From an uncultured Spirochaetota bacterium (GTDB taxonomy: Bacteria > Spirochaetota > Spirochaetia > SZUA-6 > CAVTHK01): 64,000 nt of DNA. The translations under genes were made by a program, and so were the position numbers. This document shows positions 42,208 through 51,454 of the stretch, one piece after another. The first letter of the stretch is position 1, and every line of letters begins with the position of its first letter. Below the pieces are notes generated by a model. The model made no database searches and was not told the origin of the DNA. It worked only from the letters and a program-made list of their open reading frames with translations. The stretch spans positions 32,001-96,000 of the forward strand of contig CAVTHK010000016.1 of assembly GCA_963734495.1 (NCBI GenBank), read 5' to 3'.

Positions 42208-43070
42208 AAAGCATGACCGGCTTCGGGTACGCCGAGAGCCAGAACGAGCGGATGAGCATGGCCATCGAGGTCAAGTCGTACAACCACCGGTACCTCGACG
42301 TCTTCGTGAGCCTTCCGCCGTACCTCGCCGCGCTCGAGCCGAACGTGCGCGCGCGGATCGCGGAGCGGGCGGAGCGGGGGCGGGTCGAGGTCGGGGTCCG
42401 GCTCACGGAGCTGGCCGACGACGTCCGGGTCCTCGTGGACCGCCGCGCGGCAGCCGCATACAAGGAGGCGCTCGAGACGCTCTCATCCGAGCTGGGGCTC
42501 CACGAGAAGGTGAGCCTGTCCCACCTCCTGCGCCTCGAGGGAGTGGTCAAGGCGGACCGGGTCCGCGACATGGAGGCCTACTGGGAGGCGATCGACCAGC
42601 CGCTTTCGAAGGCGCTCGATGCGTGGGAATCCGCCAGGGTCACCGAAGGGGCGGCCCTCGAGCGCGATCTCGCTTCGGCGATCGCCGCCGTCGAAGCCGA
42701 GGTCGCGGTCATCGCATCCCGCCGTGGGAGCATAGAGGCTTCGATCAAAGAAGACCTGCGGAAGCGCTTCGCCGAGATGCTCGCCGGAGAGGTCGACGAG
42801 AACCGGGTGTACACCGAGACCGCGGTGATGCTGGTCCGCTTCGACATCAACGAGGAAGTTGTCAGGCTCGGGGCCCACCTCGCCAGCTTCCGCGCCGAGA
42901 TGGCGCGCCAGACGGGAATGGGGAAGAAGCTCGATTTCGTCGCGCAGGAGCTCAACCGCGAGGTGAACACCATCGGCTCCAAGAGCATCGATCTGGAAGT
43001 GAGCTCGGCCGTGATCAGGGCCAAGGACGCCGTCGAGAGGATCCGTGAGCAGCTACGCAACATCGAGTAG
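42204..43070 (+). CDS. yicC: YicC/YloC-family endoribonuclease
   Basis: MKSMTGFG, GKKLDFVAQELNREVNTIGSK. Confidence 0.95.
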   Translation: MKSMTGFGYAESQNERMSMAIEVKSYNHRYLDVFVSLPPYLAALEPNVRARIAERAERGRVEVGVRLTELADDVRVLVDRRAAAAYKEALETLSSELGLHEKVSLSHLLRLEGVVKADRVRDMEAYWEAIDQPLSKALDAWESARVTEGAALERDLASAIAAVEAEVAVIASRRGSIEASIKEDLRKRFAEMLAGEVDENRVYTETAVMLVRFDINEEVVRLGAHLASFRAEMARQTGMGKKLDFVAQELNREVNTIGSKSIDLEVSSAVIRAKDAVERIREQLRNIE

Positions 43071-43611
43071 CGCCAGAATCGCGATCTCGGGCAAGAGCGG
43101 GTGCGGCAACTCGAGCGTGACCCGCATCGTCGGAGCGAAGCTCGGGCTGATGGTCATCAACTACACGTTCAAGAACATGGCCGCGGAGATGGGGATCTCC
43201 TTCGAGGAGCTCAGCGAGCTGGCCGAACGGGACGACCGCTTCGACCGGGAGCTGGACCGAAAGCAGGTGGAGCTCTCCGCGGCACCGGGGTGCGTGCTCG
43301 GGTCCCGTCTCGCGATCTGGCTGCTCGAGGATGCGGACCTCAAGGTCTACCTCGACGGCCCCCCGGAAGTCAGGGCCGCCCGCATCGCAAAGCGCGAATC
43401 GACAGGCTACGAGGAGACGTTCGCCCGCACCGTGTCGCGCGACAATCGCGACCGGCAGCGCTACCTCAGGCTCTACGGCATCGACATCGACCGCTTCGAG
43501 CTCGCCCACCTCGTCGTCGACACGACGCTCGGGGACCAGGACTACGTCGCCGGAGTCATCGTGCGGGCCTTCGAACAGAGGTCGGGCCGGAGGCGAGCCC
43601 GCAGGCGCTGA
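43045..43611 (+). CDS. cytidylate kinase-like NMP kinase (archaeal Cmk-type fold)
   Basis: IAISGKSGCGNS P-loop, VLGSRLA, RYLRLYGID. Confidence 0.8.
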   Translation: MSSYATSSSARIAISGKSGCGNSSVTRIVGAKLGLMVINYTFKNMAAEMGISFEELSELAERDDRFDRELDRKQVELSAAPGCVLGSRLAIWLLEDADLKVYLDGPPEVRAARIAKRESTGYEETFARTVSRDNRDRQRYLRLYGIDIDRFELAHLVVDTTLGDQDYVAGVIVRAFEQRSGRRRARRR

Positions 43612-43652
43612 AGCGGGGGCGGCGGCAATCGCTTCGGCAGGCGGCAGGCGGC

Positions 43653-43682
43653 TTTACATGACCGTGACGTCCTGTGTATACT
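43653..43682 (+). promoter_or_regulatory. sigma70 promoter of rpoZ
   Basis: TTTACA-N18-TATACT. Confidence 0.6.
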
Positions 43683-43708
43683 CTCGTTCAGTCCCAAAGG
43701 AGATGAGC

Positions 43709-43900
43709 TTGGCAGTTCCCCTTGACCTTCTGATCAAGATGAAAGAACGGGTCTACGAGACGACGAGCGCCACGGTGCGCCGCGCGATCCAGATCAACCT
43801 GGCCGGCGACCCCGAGCTGGCCGCTAACAAGAACAAGATCGTCTCCCTCGCGATCAGGCAGATTCTCACCCAGAAGGTGCAGTACAGCCTCGAAGACTGA
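43709..43900 (+). CDS. rpoZ: RNA polymerase omega subunit (spirochaete type)
   Basis: MAVPLDLLI...[15 protein letters not shown]...[19 protein letters not shown] aaggag before TTG; yicC-kinase-rpoZ-miaA context. Confidence 0.75.
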   Translation: MAVPLDLLIKMKERVYETTSATVRRAIQINLAGDPELAANKNKIVSLAIRQILTQKVQYSLED

Positions 43901-43901
43901 C

Positions 43902-44807
43902 CTCCCCAATAGAGTCGTCGTTCTCTTCGGCCCCACTGGCGTCGGAAAGACGGACGCGCTCCTGGCCGTCCGCGGTGCCCGGTGGGAGGTGGTGAGCGCA
44001 GACTCGATGCAGGTCTACCGCGGCATGGACATCGGCACCGCCAAGCCGGGGTCGGACGTGCTAGCAAAGCTCCCGCATCACCTCATCGACATCGTCGACC
44101 CGGACACGCAGTTCAGCGCGGGCGAGTTCGTGAAACGGGCCGAGGAGGCCATCGCCGGAATCACCGCGCGCGGCGGAGTGCCGGTCATGAGCGGTGGGAC
44201 CGCCTTCTATATGAAGAATTTCGCGTACGGGCTGCCCGCGACGCCGCCTTCGAGCAGGGAAAGCAGGGACAAGGTGAAGGCGGACCTCCGCGAGAAGGGT
44301 CTGCCCGCGCTGTACAGCGACCTTTCGCGGATCGACCCCGCGTACGCCGCGACCATAGGCGCGCGCGACGCGTCGCGCATTTCGCGCGCCCTCGAGGTGT
44401 TCCGCGCGACGGGGAGGCCGCTGTCGAGCTTTGCCGTGCCGGGCGCGCCGCGGGGCGACTACCGCTGCCTGTTCGTCGGGCTCGAAAGGGAGCGGACTGA
44501 CCTTCAGGCGCGGATCGACCGGCGGGTCGACGCGATGCTCCAGGCGGGGCTGGCCGCCGAGGTCGAGGCGCTGCGCGCCCGCGGCTACGGGCGGTCGGAC
44601 CCTGGCATGAGGGCGATCGGTTACCGCGAGTTTTTCGAATGCGACGGCGGCCCCGAAGCCGTCGCGGGGCTCATCAAGAGGAATACGCGCCGGTATGCGA
44701 AGCGGCAGATCGTGTTCTTCCGGAGCCTTCCGGGCGTCCGGTGGATCGATGCCGACGATCTCGACTCCCTGCGCGCGACGATCGCGGAGTTCCTGAGCGG
44801 CGACTGA
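43902..44807 (+). CDS. miaA: tRNA dimethylallyltransferase (start codon unresolved)
   Basis: [10 protein letters not shown] lies in frame upstream of the called [29 protein letters not shown]. Confidence 0.93.
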   Translation, partial: LPNRVVVLFGPTGVGKTDALLAVRGARWEVVSADSMQVYRGMDIGTAKPGSDVLAKLPHHLIDIVDPDTQFSAGEFVKRAEEAIAGITARGGVPVMSGGTAFYMKNFAYGLPATPPSSRESRDKVKADLREKGLPALYSDLSRIDPAYAATIGARDASRISRALEVFRATGRPLSSFAVPGAPRGDYRCLFVGLERERTDLQARIDRRVDAMLQAGLAAEVEALRARGYGRSDPGMRAIGYREFFECDGGPEAVAGLIKRNTRRYAKRQIVFFRSLPGVRWIDADDLDSLRATIAEFLSGD

Positions 44808-44917
44808 CATGTCCGGCGCGCGCCTTGACCGACTTCCGGTTATCGGCTACTTTACCGATACTTTATCTGTGCCCCTATTTCCCCTAATGAGACAGGGCCG
44901 GTTGAGGAGAGTGTTGC

Positions 44918-45007
44918 GTGCCTTGCGGACGAAAGAGAAAGCGACACAAGATCGCGACTCACAAGCGAAAGAAGAAACTGCGCAAGAACAGGCACAAGAA
45001 GAAGTAG
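44918..45007 (+). CDS. small basic ribosomal protein bS22-like (AURKAIP1/COX24, mS38 family), 29 aa
   Basis: MPCGRKRKRHKIATHKRKKKLRKNRHKKK; SD gaggag 8 nt before GTG; absent from the ORF track. Confidence 0.85.
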   Translation: MPCGRKRKRHKIATHKRKKKLRKNRHKKK

Positions 45008-45033
45008 CGCCGCGGGGCTGGACGAGACCTGGG

Positions 45034-45784
45034 ATGAAGAGACTGGCAACGGCCTTTCTGCTCCTGGCTCTCACCGCCGGCGCCGACAGCCTCTGGAGCC
45101 CCGGCTTCGACGGCTATCTCGGCGCGGGCACGCGGATGCAGGAAGGTGACACGGTCATGGTCACCTTCACCGAAGGCTTCTCTCTGTCGTTCAAGTCGGT
45201 CGGCACCGAAAGCAAGCGGATTACCCTCCAGATCGCGGGAGGTCCCTATGGGGATCTCCTGTCCTTCTTGCCTGCGGCAAGCGCGGAGGGGAACCGCTCC
45301 GTCGCCGGCGACTCGCAGGCACTGCTCAAGGGGTCGCTCGCGGCGCGCGTGAGCGCCGTCAACGGCGGCATGCTGACGCTGCAGGCGTCGCGCTCGCTCA
45401 CGGTCAACGGACGCGTGGAGAGCGTCGATCTGAACGCGTCCGTCAACGCCCGCGACGTTTCGCAGAACCGCACAGTCGATTTCTCGCGTCTCGTCGAGCC
45501 GCGCCTCGTCTATCGAGGTCCTGCGGAACCGTCGGCGGACGCCATCCGCGACGAGGACCTGCTCGCGCTGCAGGCCGCCCTGGCGGCCGCCGTGCCCGCG
45601 CGGCGCAGCCCGCCGCGCCGGCGCGGCCGCAGGGGCCGCCGCGGCCCCGGCGGCGGGGACGCAGCCGGGGCCCGCGGCCGCCGCTCCCGCGCAGCCGCAA
45701 GCGACCCGCTACCAGCTGACCGAAGCCCGTCAGCGCGAGCTGCTGCTCCGCTACCTCAACCGGATCGTCGATATCCTGTTCTGA
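45034..45784 (+). CDS. FlgH (flagellar L-ring)-like secreted protein, +1 frameshift in the GC-rich linker near 45600-45630
   Basis: Signal peptide then DSLW, GDTVMV, LAARVSAVNGGMLTLQASRSLTVNG...VNARDVSQNRTV...RLVYRG; tail YQLTEARQRELLLRYLNRIVDILF in the next frame. Confidence 0.6.
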
Positions 45785-45799
45785 TCGCGGCTCCCGCGG

Positions 45800-46852
45800 T
45801 CACAGCGGGAACTGGTCGTAGGCGAGCTGCAGGAGCTCTCCGGTCTTCTCCCAACCGATGCAGGCGTCGGTGATGGAGACGCCGTAGGCGAGCCTGGAAG
45901 GATCGTCGCCGAGGCTTTGCTTACCTTCATTTAAGTTGCTCTCGAGCATGAAGCCCTGAATGCCCGGGACGCCCTGTCGGCGGCTCGCGAGGATGCTCCG
46001 GAGGACGAGCTCCTGGCGCGTGTGGTCTTTTTCCGAATTGCCGTGGCTGCAGTCGACGATGAAGACCGGAGGCACGCCGGCCTTTTTGAGAAGGAACGCG
46101 GCCTCCTCGAGCATGTCGGCCCGGAAGTTGCCGCCCCGCCGCCCGCCGCGCAGGATGATGTGCGTGCTCGTGTTGCCGGTCGTGCTGACGACGCAGGTCT
46201 GGCCGTTCTGGTCCATGCCGAGGAAGCTATGAGGCCGCGCCGAGGCGACGATGGCGTCGATCGCCGTCTGGATGTCGCCCTCGGTGTTGTTCTTGAAGCC
46301 GACGGACATCGAAAGCCCGCTTGCCATGTCGCGGTGGGTCTGCGACTCGATCGTGCGGGCGCCGATGGCCGCCCAGCTCACGAGGTCGGCGGTGTACTGC
46401 GGGACGATCGGATCGAGCATCTCCGTTCCGGTCGGGAGTCCCATGCGGGTGATCTCGAGCAGGATGCGGCGCGCCTTGGTCAGGCCCATGGCGATGTCGT
46501 AGCTGCCGTCGAGCATCGGGTCGATGAGGAAACCGCGCCAGCCGAGCGTAGTCCGCGGTTTCTCGAAGTAGACGCGCATCACGACGAAGAGCCGGTCGCT
46601 GAACCGGCGATGCGCCTCGACGAGGCGGCCCGCGTAGTCGATCGCCGCGGCTTCGTCGTGGATCGAGCAGGGACCGACGATGGCGAGCAGCCTCGAGTCG
46701 CGCTGCGCGAGTATCGAGGCGATCGCCCCACGGCTGCTTTCGACCAGTGCCGCCGCCTGCTCCGTGAGCGGGAGCTCCTTCTTGAGCTCGGTCGGGCTGA
46801 TCAGGGGCCGCAGGCTCGTGACGCGAAGGTCGTTCGTTCGTTGGACGCTCAT
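45800..46852 (-). CDS. DAHP synthase, class I (AroF/G/H type)
   Basis: VGPCSIHD, RVYFEKPRT, AIGART, DCSHGNS, SITDACIGW. Confidence 0.96.
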   Translation of the reverse strand: MSVQRTNDLRVTSLRPLISPTELKKELPLTEQAAALVESSRGAIASILAQRDSRLLAIVGPCSIHDEAAAIDYAGRLVEAHRRFSDRLFVVMRVYFEKPRTTLGWRGFLIDPMLDGSYDIAMGLTKARRILLEITRMGLPTGTEMLDPIVPQYTADLVSWAAIGARTIESQTHRDMASGLSMSVGFKNNTEGDIQTAIDAIVASARPHSFLGMDQNGQTCVVSTTGNTSTHIILRGGRRGGNFRADMLEEAAFLLKKAGVPPVFIVDCSHGNSEKDHTRQELVLRSILASRRQGVPGIQGFMLESNLNEGKQSLGDDPSRLAYGVSITDACIGWEKTGELLQLAYDQFPL

Positions 46853-46865
46853 CGAGTGATCCTTA

Positions 46866-48188
46866 TCATGTTTCTCGGGTTTTCTTCAACGGTCTCTCTT
46901 CGGGCGGTCGCCTGATCGCGACCGCGAGCGCGTGTGCCTTGAGGCCCTCCGCTTCGGCCAGGGCGCGGATGGAGGCGGCGTTGGCCGCGAGCGCCTCGTG
47001 CGTGTAGCGCACGACGCTCACGGCGCGCACGAAGTCCATGACGGACAGCCCCGAGGAGAAGCGCGCCGTGCCGGCCGTCGGGAGCACGTGGTTCGTGCCG
47101 CAGATGTAGTCTCCGACCGGCTCCGTGCTGTACTCCCCGATGAACACGGCGCCGGAGGTCCGGACCATGGGGAGAAGGTCTTCGGCCTCCTCGCACATGA
47201 GCTCGAGGTGCTCGGGCGAGATCATGTTCACCGCGTCGACGGCGGTGGACAGGCTGTCGACGACGAAGATGTTGCCGTAGGCGAGAAGCGCGCGCGAGAC
47301 CGTGTCGCCCAGGTCGTGCCTGCGGATGAAGCCCACGAGCTCGGAGGAGATGGCTTCGGCCTGGGCGACGCTGGTGCAGAATGCCACCGCCGTCTCGAGC
47401 CCGCTGCCGTGCTCGGCCTGGGCGAGCAGGTCCGCCGCTATGTAGGCGGAGGGCGCTTTTCTGTCCGCGATGATGGCGATCTCGGAAGGGCCGGCGAGCG
47501 AATCGATCCCCACGCTGCCGAAGACCAGGCGCTTCGCGGTCTGGGTGTAGATGTTGCCTGGCCCCACGATCTTGTCGACGCGCGGGACCGAGTCCGTGCC
47601 GTACGCGAGCGCGGCGACGCCCTGCGCGCCCGAGACCTTGTAGACGTTGCGGATCCCGAGATAGTCGGCCACGTAGAGGATGTGGTCGTCGACGCGGCCC
47701 TCTCTGGGCGGGGAGATGATGCTGATCTCGGGCACTCCGGCCACGAGGGCGGGCACCAGGTTCATGTACAGGGAGGAGGCGAGGGGCGCCGCGCCGGCCG
47801 GAACGCACACGCCGACGCGCTCGATGGGCTGGTAGAGCCGCTGCAGCTTGACATCGTGGTCGGAGCGGACCGTGTAGGACTTGGGGAGCTGGTGCTGGTG
47901 GAACTTGAAGAGGTTCTCGCAGGCGACCTTGACGGCCTCGGCGAACGCGCCGGGGATGCGCTGGAGAGCTTCGTCGTATTGCTCGTCGCTCACCTTGACG
48001 CTGTCCCGCGACAGCTCGACGTGGTCGTACTTGCGCATGCACTCGAAAAGAGCCTCGTCTCCGCGGGTGCGGACGTCGCTCACGATCGCTTCAACGGCGT
48101 GCAGCACCTCGGGCGGCGTCTCGCGCGACTTCTCGAGGAGAGCGCGGAAGCGCGGGCTGTCAAAGGAGAACTTGCTGATGGAAATCAC
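46866..48188 (-). CDS. hisD: histidinol dehydrogenase
   Basis: KIVGPGN, AGPSE, QAEH, PEHL, NHVLPT; SD ggagg before GTG 48188. Confidence 0.96.
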   Translation of the reverse strand: MISISKFSFDSPRFRALLEKSRETPPEVLHAVEAIVSDVRTRGDEALFECMRKYDHVELSRDSVKVSDEQYDEALQRIPGAFAEAVKVACENLFKFHQHQLPKSYTVRSDHDVKLQRLYQPIERVGVCVPAGAAPLASSLYMNLVPALVAGVPEISIISPPREGRVDDHILYVADYLGIRNVYKVSGAQGVAALAYGTDSVPRVDKIVGPGNIYTQTAKRLVFGSVGIDSLAGPSEIAIIADRKAPSAYIAADLLAQAEHGSGLETAVAFCTSVAQAEAISSELVGFIRRHDLGDTVSRALLAYGNIFVVDSLSTAVDAVNMISPEHLELMCEEAEDLLPMVRTSGAVFIGEYSTEPVGDYICGTNHVLPTAGTARFSSGLSVMDFVRAVSVVRYTHEALAANAASIRALAEAEGLKAHALAVAIRRPPEERPLKKTRET

Positions 48189-48292
48189 GGTGCCTCCCCA
48201 TCGATCGTGTGCGGCCCTGACCCGCGGCGTCCCGCGGCGCCGTTCGTCGCGGCTCGTTCCTGCGTCGAACGCGGCGCGCGAGGCCGCCGTCA

Positions 48293-48322
48293 ATCCTAAC
48301 GTGCGGCGGCATGCAGGTTCAA
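48293..48322 (-). promoter_or_regulatory. putative sigma70 promoter of hisD
   Basis: TTGAAC-N18-TAGGAT on the minus strand. Confidence 0.5.
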
Positions 48323-48326
48323 CCCG

Positions 48327-48484
48327 GCCCGGCGAGTACGCTAGGCTTGGGTGCCCGGCGGGTACGCCGGGCCTGGCTGCCTCGCGAGTACGCGAGACGG
48401 GTGTGCCAGGCACATAGCCTGACGTACTCGTCAGGCACATAGCCTGACGTACTCGTCAGGCCATAGCCTGACGTACTCGTCAGG
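48327..48484. repeat. array of six hairpins with CG-RGTA-CG loop, including a 25-bp tandem repeat x3
   Basis: Hairpins at 48327-46, 48353-72, 48381-96; cacatagcctgacgtactcgtcagg at 48411, 48436 and 48461 (last copy 24 bp). Confidence 0.9.
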
Positions 48485-48514
48485 TTGACACCTCGTGCGC
48501 GAAATCAATACACT
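48485..48514 (+). promoter_or_regulatory. sigma70 promoter of alaS (leaderless-type spacing)
   Basis: TTGACA-N18-TACACT; ATG 7 nt downstream with no SD. Confidence 0.7.
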
Positions 48515-48521
48515 CCGGCGC

Positions 48522-50315
48522 ATGATCACGGTCAACGAGCTGCGCGCGAAATATATCAGCTTCTTCACGCAGCGGGGTCATGCGGAGATCTCGGGCCGCT
48601 CGCTCATCCCGGAGAACGACCCGACGGTGCTCTTTACGACCGCGGGCATGCACCCGCTGGTCCCCTACATCCTCGGGGAGGCCCACCCCGCGGGCACGCG
48701 CCTGACCGATTGCCAGAAGTGCATTCGCACGGTCGACATCGACGCGGTCGGCGACTCCAGCCACCTGACGTTCTTCGAGATGCTCGGCAACTGGTCCCTC
48801 GGCGACTACTTCAAGAACGAGGCCATCCGGTTCAGCCACGAGTTCCTCACCTCGCGCCAGTGGCTCGGCATAGACCCCGCGAAGCTCTCGGTCACGGTGT
48901 TCGCGGGGGACGACTCCGTGCCGCCCGACAACGAGTCCGCCGAGATCTGGCGGTCGCTCGGCATAGACCGTATCCACTTTCTCGGCCGCGACGACAACTG
49001 GTGGGGCCCCGCCGGGCTGACCGGGCCATGCGGCCCCGACACGGAGATGTTCATCGACACCGGCAAACCGGCGTGCGGGCCCGACTGCGCCCCGGGCCGG
49101 TGCAAGTGCGGGAGGTGGTTCGAGGTCTGGAACGACGTGTTCCTTCAGTACAACAAGACCGCCGAAGGCCGCTTCGAGCCCCTCGGTCGTCCGACTGTCG
49201 ACACGGGCATGGGCGTCGAGCGCACGGTGGCCATGCTGCAGGGCAAGAGCAGCGTCTACGACATAGAGGTCTTCGTGCCGGTGCGGGCGGACCTGGAAGG
49301 GAAGGCCTCGTCGCCCCACGGAAAGGACGAGGCGATCGACCGGTCCTACCGGATCATCCTCGACCACGTGCGCGCGGCAGTCTTTATTCTGGGCGATGAG
49401 GTCGCGGTGACGCCCTCCAACGTCGGGCAGGGGTACGTGCTGCGGAGGCTCATCCGGCGGGCCGTGCGCCACGGCCGCAAGCTCGGGCTCGAGGGCCAGG
49501 CGCTCGTCCCGCTCGCGGAGCGTTTCATCACGATCTACCGCGACAGCTACCGCGAGCTCGAGTCGAAGCGCAAGGAGATCCTCGGGGAGCTCGAACAGGA
49601 GGCCGCCCGCTTCCTCGACACGCTGAAGAACGGGGAGAAGGAGTTCGAGAAGCTCCTGCCGAACCTGCTCAAGAACCCGGCCCGGATCATCCCGGGGCGG
49701 GTCGCCTTCAGGCTCTACGACACGTATGGGTTCCCCATCGAGATCACCGAGGAGCTCGCCGCGGAAAACGGGCTTGGCGTCGACAAGGCAGGGTTCGAGG
49801 AGGCGTTCGAGAAGCACCAGGAGCTGTCGCGGGCCGGCTCGGAGCAGACTTTCAAAGGCGGCCTCGCGGACCACGGCCTGGAGGCGCGCAAGCTGCACAC
49901 GGCCACGCACCTGCTCCACAAGGCGCTGCGGATGGTGCTCGGCGACCACGTGGCGCAGAAGGGAAGCAACATCACCAGCGACCGCCTGCGGTTCGACTTC
50001 TCGCATCCCTCGCCGATGACCCCGGAGCAGATCGCAGAGGTGGAGCGGATCGTCAACGAGCAGATCCGCAGGGCCCTGCCTGTGAGCTTCGACGTCATGA
50101 CGCTGGAGGAGGCGCGCCAGGCGGGGGCCATCGCGCTCTTCGGCGAACGCTACGGCGAGAAGGTCAAGGTCTACACGATCGGTGACTTCTCAAAGGAAGT
50201 CTGCGGCGGACCCCACGTGGACAACACCGGCGAGCTCGAGGGCTTCAGGATTCAGAAGGAACAGTCCTCTTCCGCCGGGGTCAGGCGCATCCGGGCGTCG
50301 GTCGGCGGGAAGTAG
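48522..50315 (+). CDS. alaS: alanine--tRNA ligase (short form without C-Ala domain)
   Basis: LFTTAGM, HLTFFEMLGNWS, DTGMGVER, HTATH, EVCGGPH. Confidence 0.97.
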   Translation: MITVNELRAKYISFFTQRGHAEISGRSLIPENDPTVLFTTAGMHPLVPYILGEAHPAGTRLTDCQKCIRTVDIDAVGDSSHLTFFEMLGNWSLGDYFKNEAIRFSHEFLTSRQWLGIDPAKLSVTVFAGDDSVPPDNESAEIWRSLGIDRIHFLGRDDNWWGPAGLTGPCGPDTEMFIDTGKPACGPDCAPGRCKCGRWFEVWNDVFLQYNKTAEGRFEPLGRPTVDTGMGVERTVAMLQGKSSVYDIEVFVPVRADLEGKASSPHGKDEAIDRSYRIILDHVRAAVFILGDEVAVTPSNVGQGYVLRRLIRRAVRHGRKLGLEGQALVPLAERFITIYRDSYRELESKRKEILGELEQEAARFLDTLKNGEKEFEKLLPNLLKNPARIIPGRVAFRLYDTYGFPIEITEELAAENGLGVDKAGFEEAFEKHQELSRAGSEQTFKGGLADHGLEARKLHTATHLLHKALRMVLGDHVAQKGSNITSDRLRFDFSHPSPMTPEQIAEVERIVNEQIRRALPVSFDVMTLEEARQAGAIALFGERYGEKVKVYTIGDFSKEVCGGPHVDNTGELEGFRIQKEQSSSAGVRRIRASVGGK

Positions 50316-50335
50316 CAGGGGAGCGCGGCCGGGCC

Positions 50336-51445
50336 TCAGCGCCCGAGCCTGTCCAGCAGGTCCGAGACAAAGGCGTTGCGCATGCCCGTGCGTGAGAACG
50401 ACGAGAGGAGCGTGCGCGCCTTGTCCTTCTGGTTCAGGGCGATGTAGCACTCGGCGAGCGTGTGTATGAGCCGGGCGTTGCGCGGATCATTGCGCGTGAG
50501 CTTTTCCAGCGACTCGACCGCCTCGGCGTAGCGGCCGCGCTCCTTGCTGATGATCGCAAGCCCGAGGACCGCGTACGCGTCGTAGCCGATGTTGAGGGCC
50601 TTGCGGTAGTACTCCTCGGCCTCGTCGAGCCGCTGGAGGATCCGGAACGAGTCGCCCGCACGGGTCAGGATCACCTTGTTCGCCGGGTCCCGCGTGAGTA
50701 TGGCCAGCCAGTGCTGGAGGGAACGCTCCTGGTCCTGAAGGCCGCGGTAGCAGTCGGCCATGCCGAAGTTCGCGTAGAAGTTGTCCGGCTCGATCTCCAG
50801 CGCGCGCTGGAAGAACGAGAGTCCCTCGTCGAACGTCTTGAGCTTGCGGTGACAGTTGCCGATCGCGGTGAGGATCTTGATGTTCCGGGCGTTTTCGGGC
50901 TGGCCGAGCACGCGCTGCCAGTAGTCCAGCGCTTCGGCGTAGTGCTTGAAGTCAAAATGAAGGTAACCCAGCCCGATGAGGGCGTAGGGGTTGCCCGGCT
51001 CCATCTCGAGCGCGCGCAGGTAGAGCTCGCGGGACTTCTCGAAGTTCCGCACCTTCTTGTACGCGTCCGCGATGCGGGTCAGAACCGTAATGTTGCGCTC
51101 GTCGCGCTGCAGGTACCGCTCCCAGATGTCGATGGCCTGCTTGTATTCCTTGAGCGCCTTGTAGCTGTCGGCGAGGCCGAAGAGCGCATAGTTGTTGGTC
51201 TCGTGGTGCTGGAGGCACTGCTTGTAGAACCCGATCGCGGTCCGGTGGTCGCCGCGCTTGCGCGCGAGGTCGCCGAGCCCGACGAGCGCGTAGGTGTTGT
51301 CGGCCTCGAGAGCGAGAACCTCGCGGAAACAGCGTTCCGCCTCCTCGAGCTGATCGCTGCGAAGAGCCTTGTATCCGCGCTTGGAAAGCTCGGCTACGTT
51401 GTTGATGCCGCGCGCATCGTCCGCCGTTCGGGACTCCTCACCCAC
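50336..51445 (-). CDS. tetratricopeptide repeat protein
   Basis: Repeated 34-aa units (e.g. YALVGLG, ALEIEPDN). Confidence 0.9.
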   Translation of the reverse strand: MGEESRTADDARGINNVAELSKRGYKALRSDQLEEAERCFREVLALEADNTYALVGLGDLARKRGDHRTAIGFYKQCLQHHETNNYALFGLADSYKALKEYKQAIDIWERYLQRDERNITVLTRIADAYKKVRNFEKSRELYLRALEMEPGNPYALIGLGYLHFDFKHYAEALDYWQRVLGQPENARNIKILTAIGNCHRKLKTFDEGLSFFQRALEIEPDNFYANFGMADCYRGLQDQERSLQHWLAILTRDPANKVILTRAGDSFRILQRLDEAEEYYRKALNIGYDAYAVLGLAIISKERGRYAEAVESLEKLTRNDPRNARLIHTLAECYIALNQKDKARTLLSSFSRTGMRNAFVSDLLDRLGR

Positions 51446-51454
51446 GCCGCCTCC

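Noticed and set aside
48189..48292. His attenuator or T-box in the hisD leader
   Set aside because: No His-codon leader peptide, T-box motif or U-tract terminator visible
48411..48484. Mini-CRISPR array (palindromic 25-bp repeats)
   Set aside because: The repeats are contiguous with no unique spacers, and there are no cas genes in the window
48522..50315. Truncated alaS (597 aa)
   Set aside because: Catalytic and editing motifs are intact, and short AlaRS forms lacking C-Ala are known
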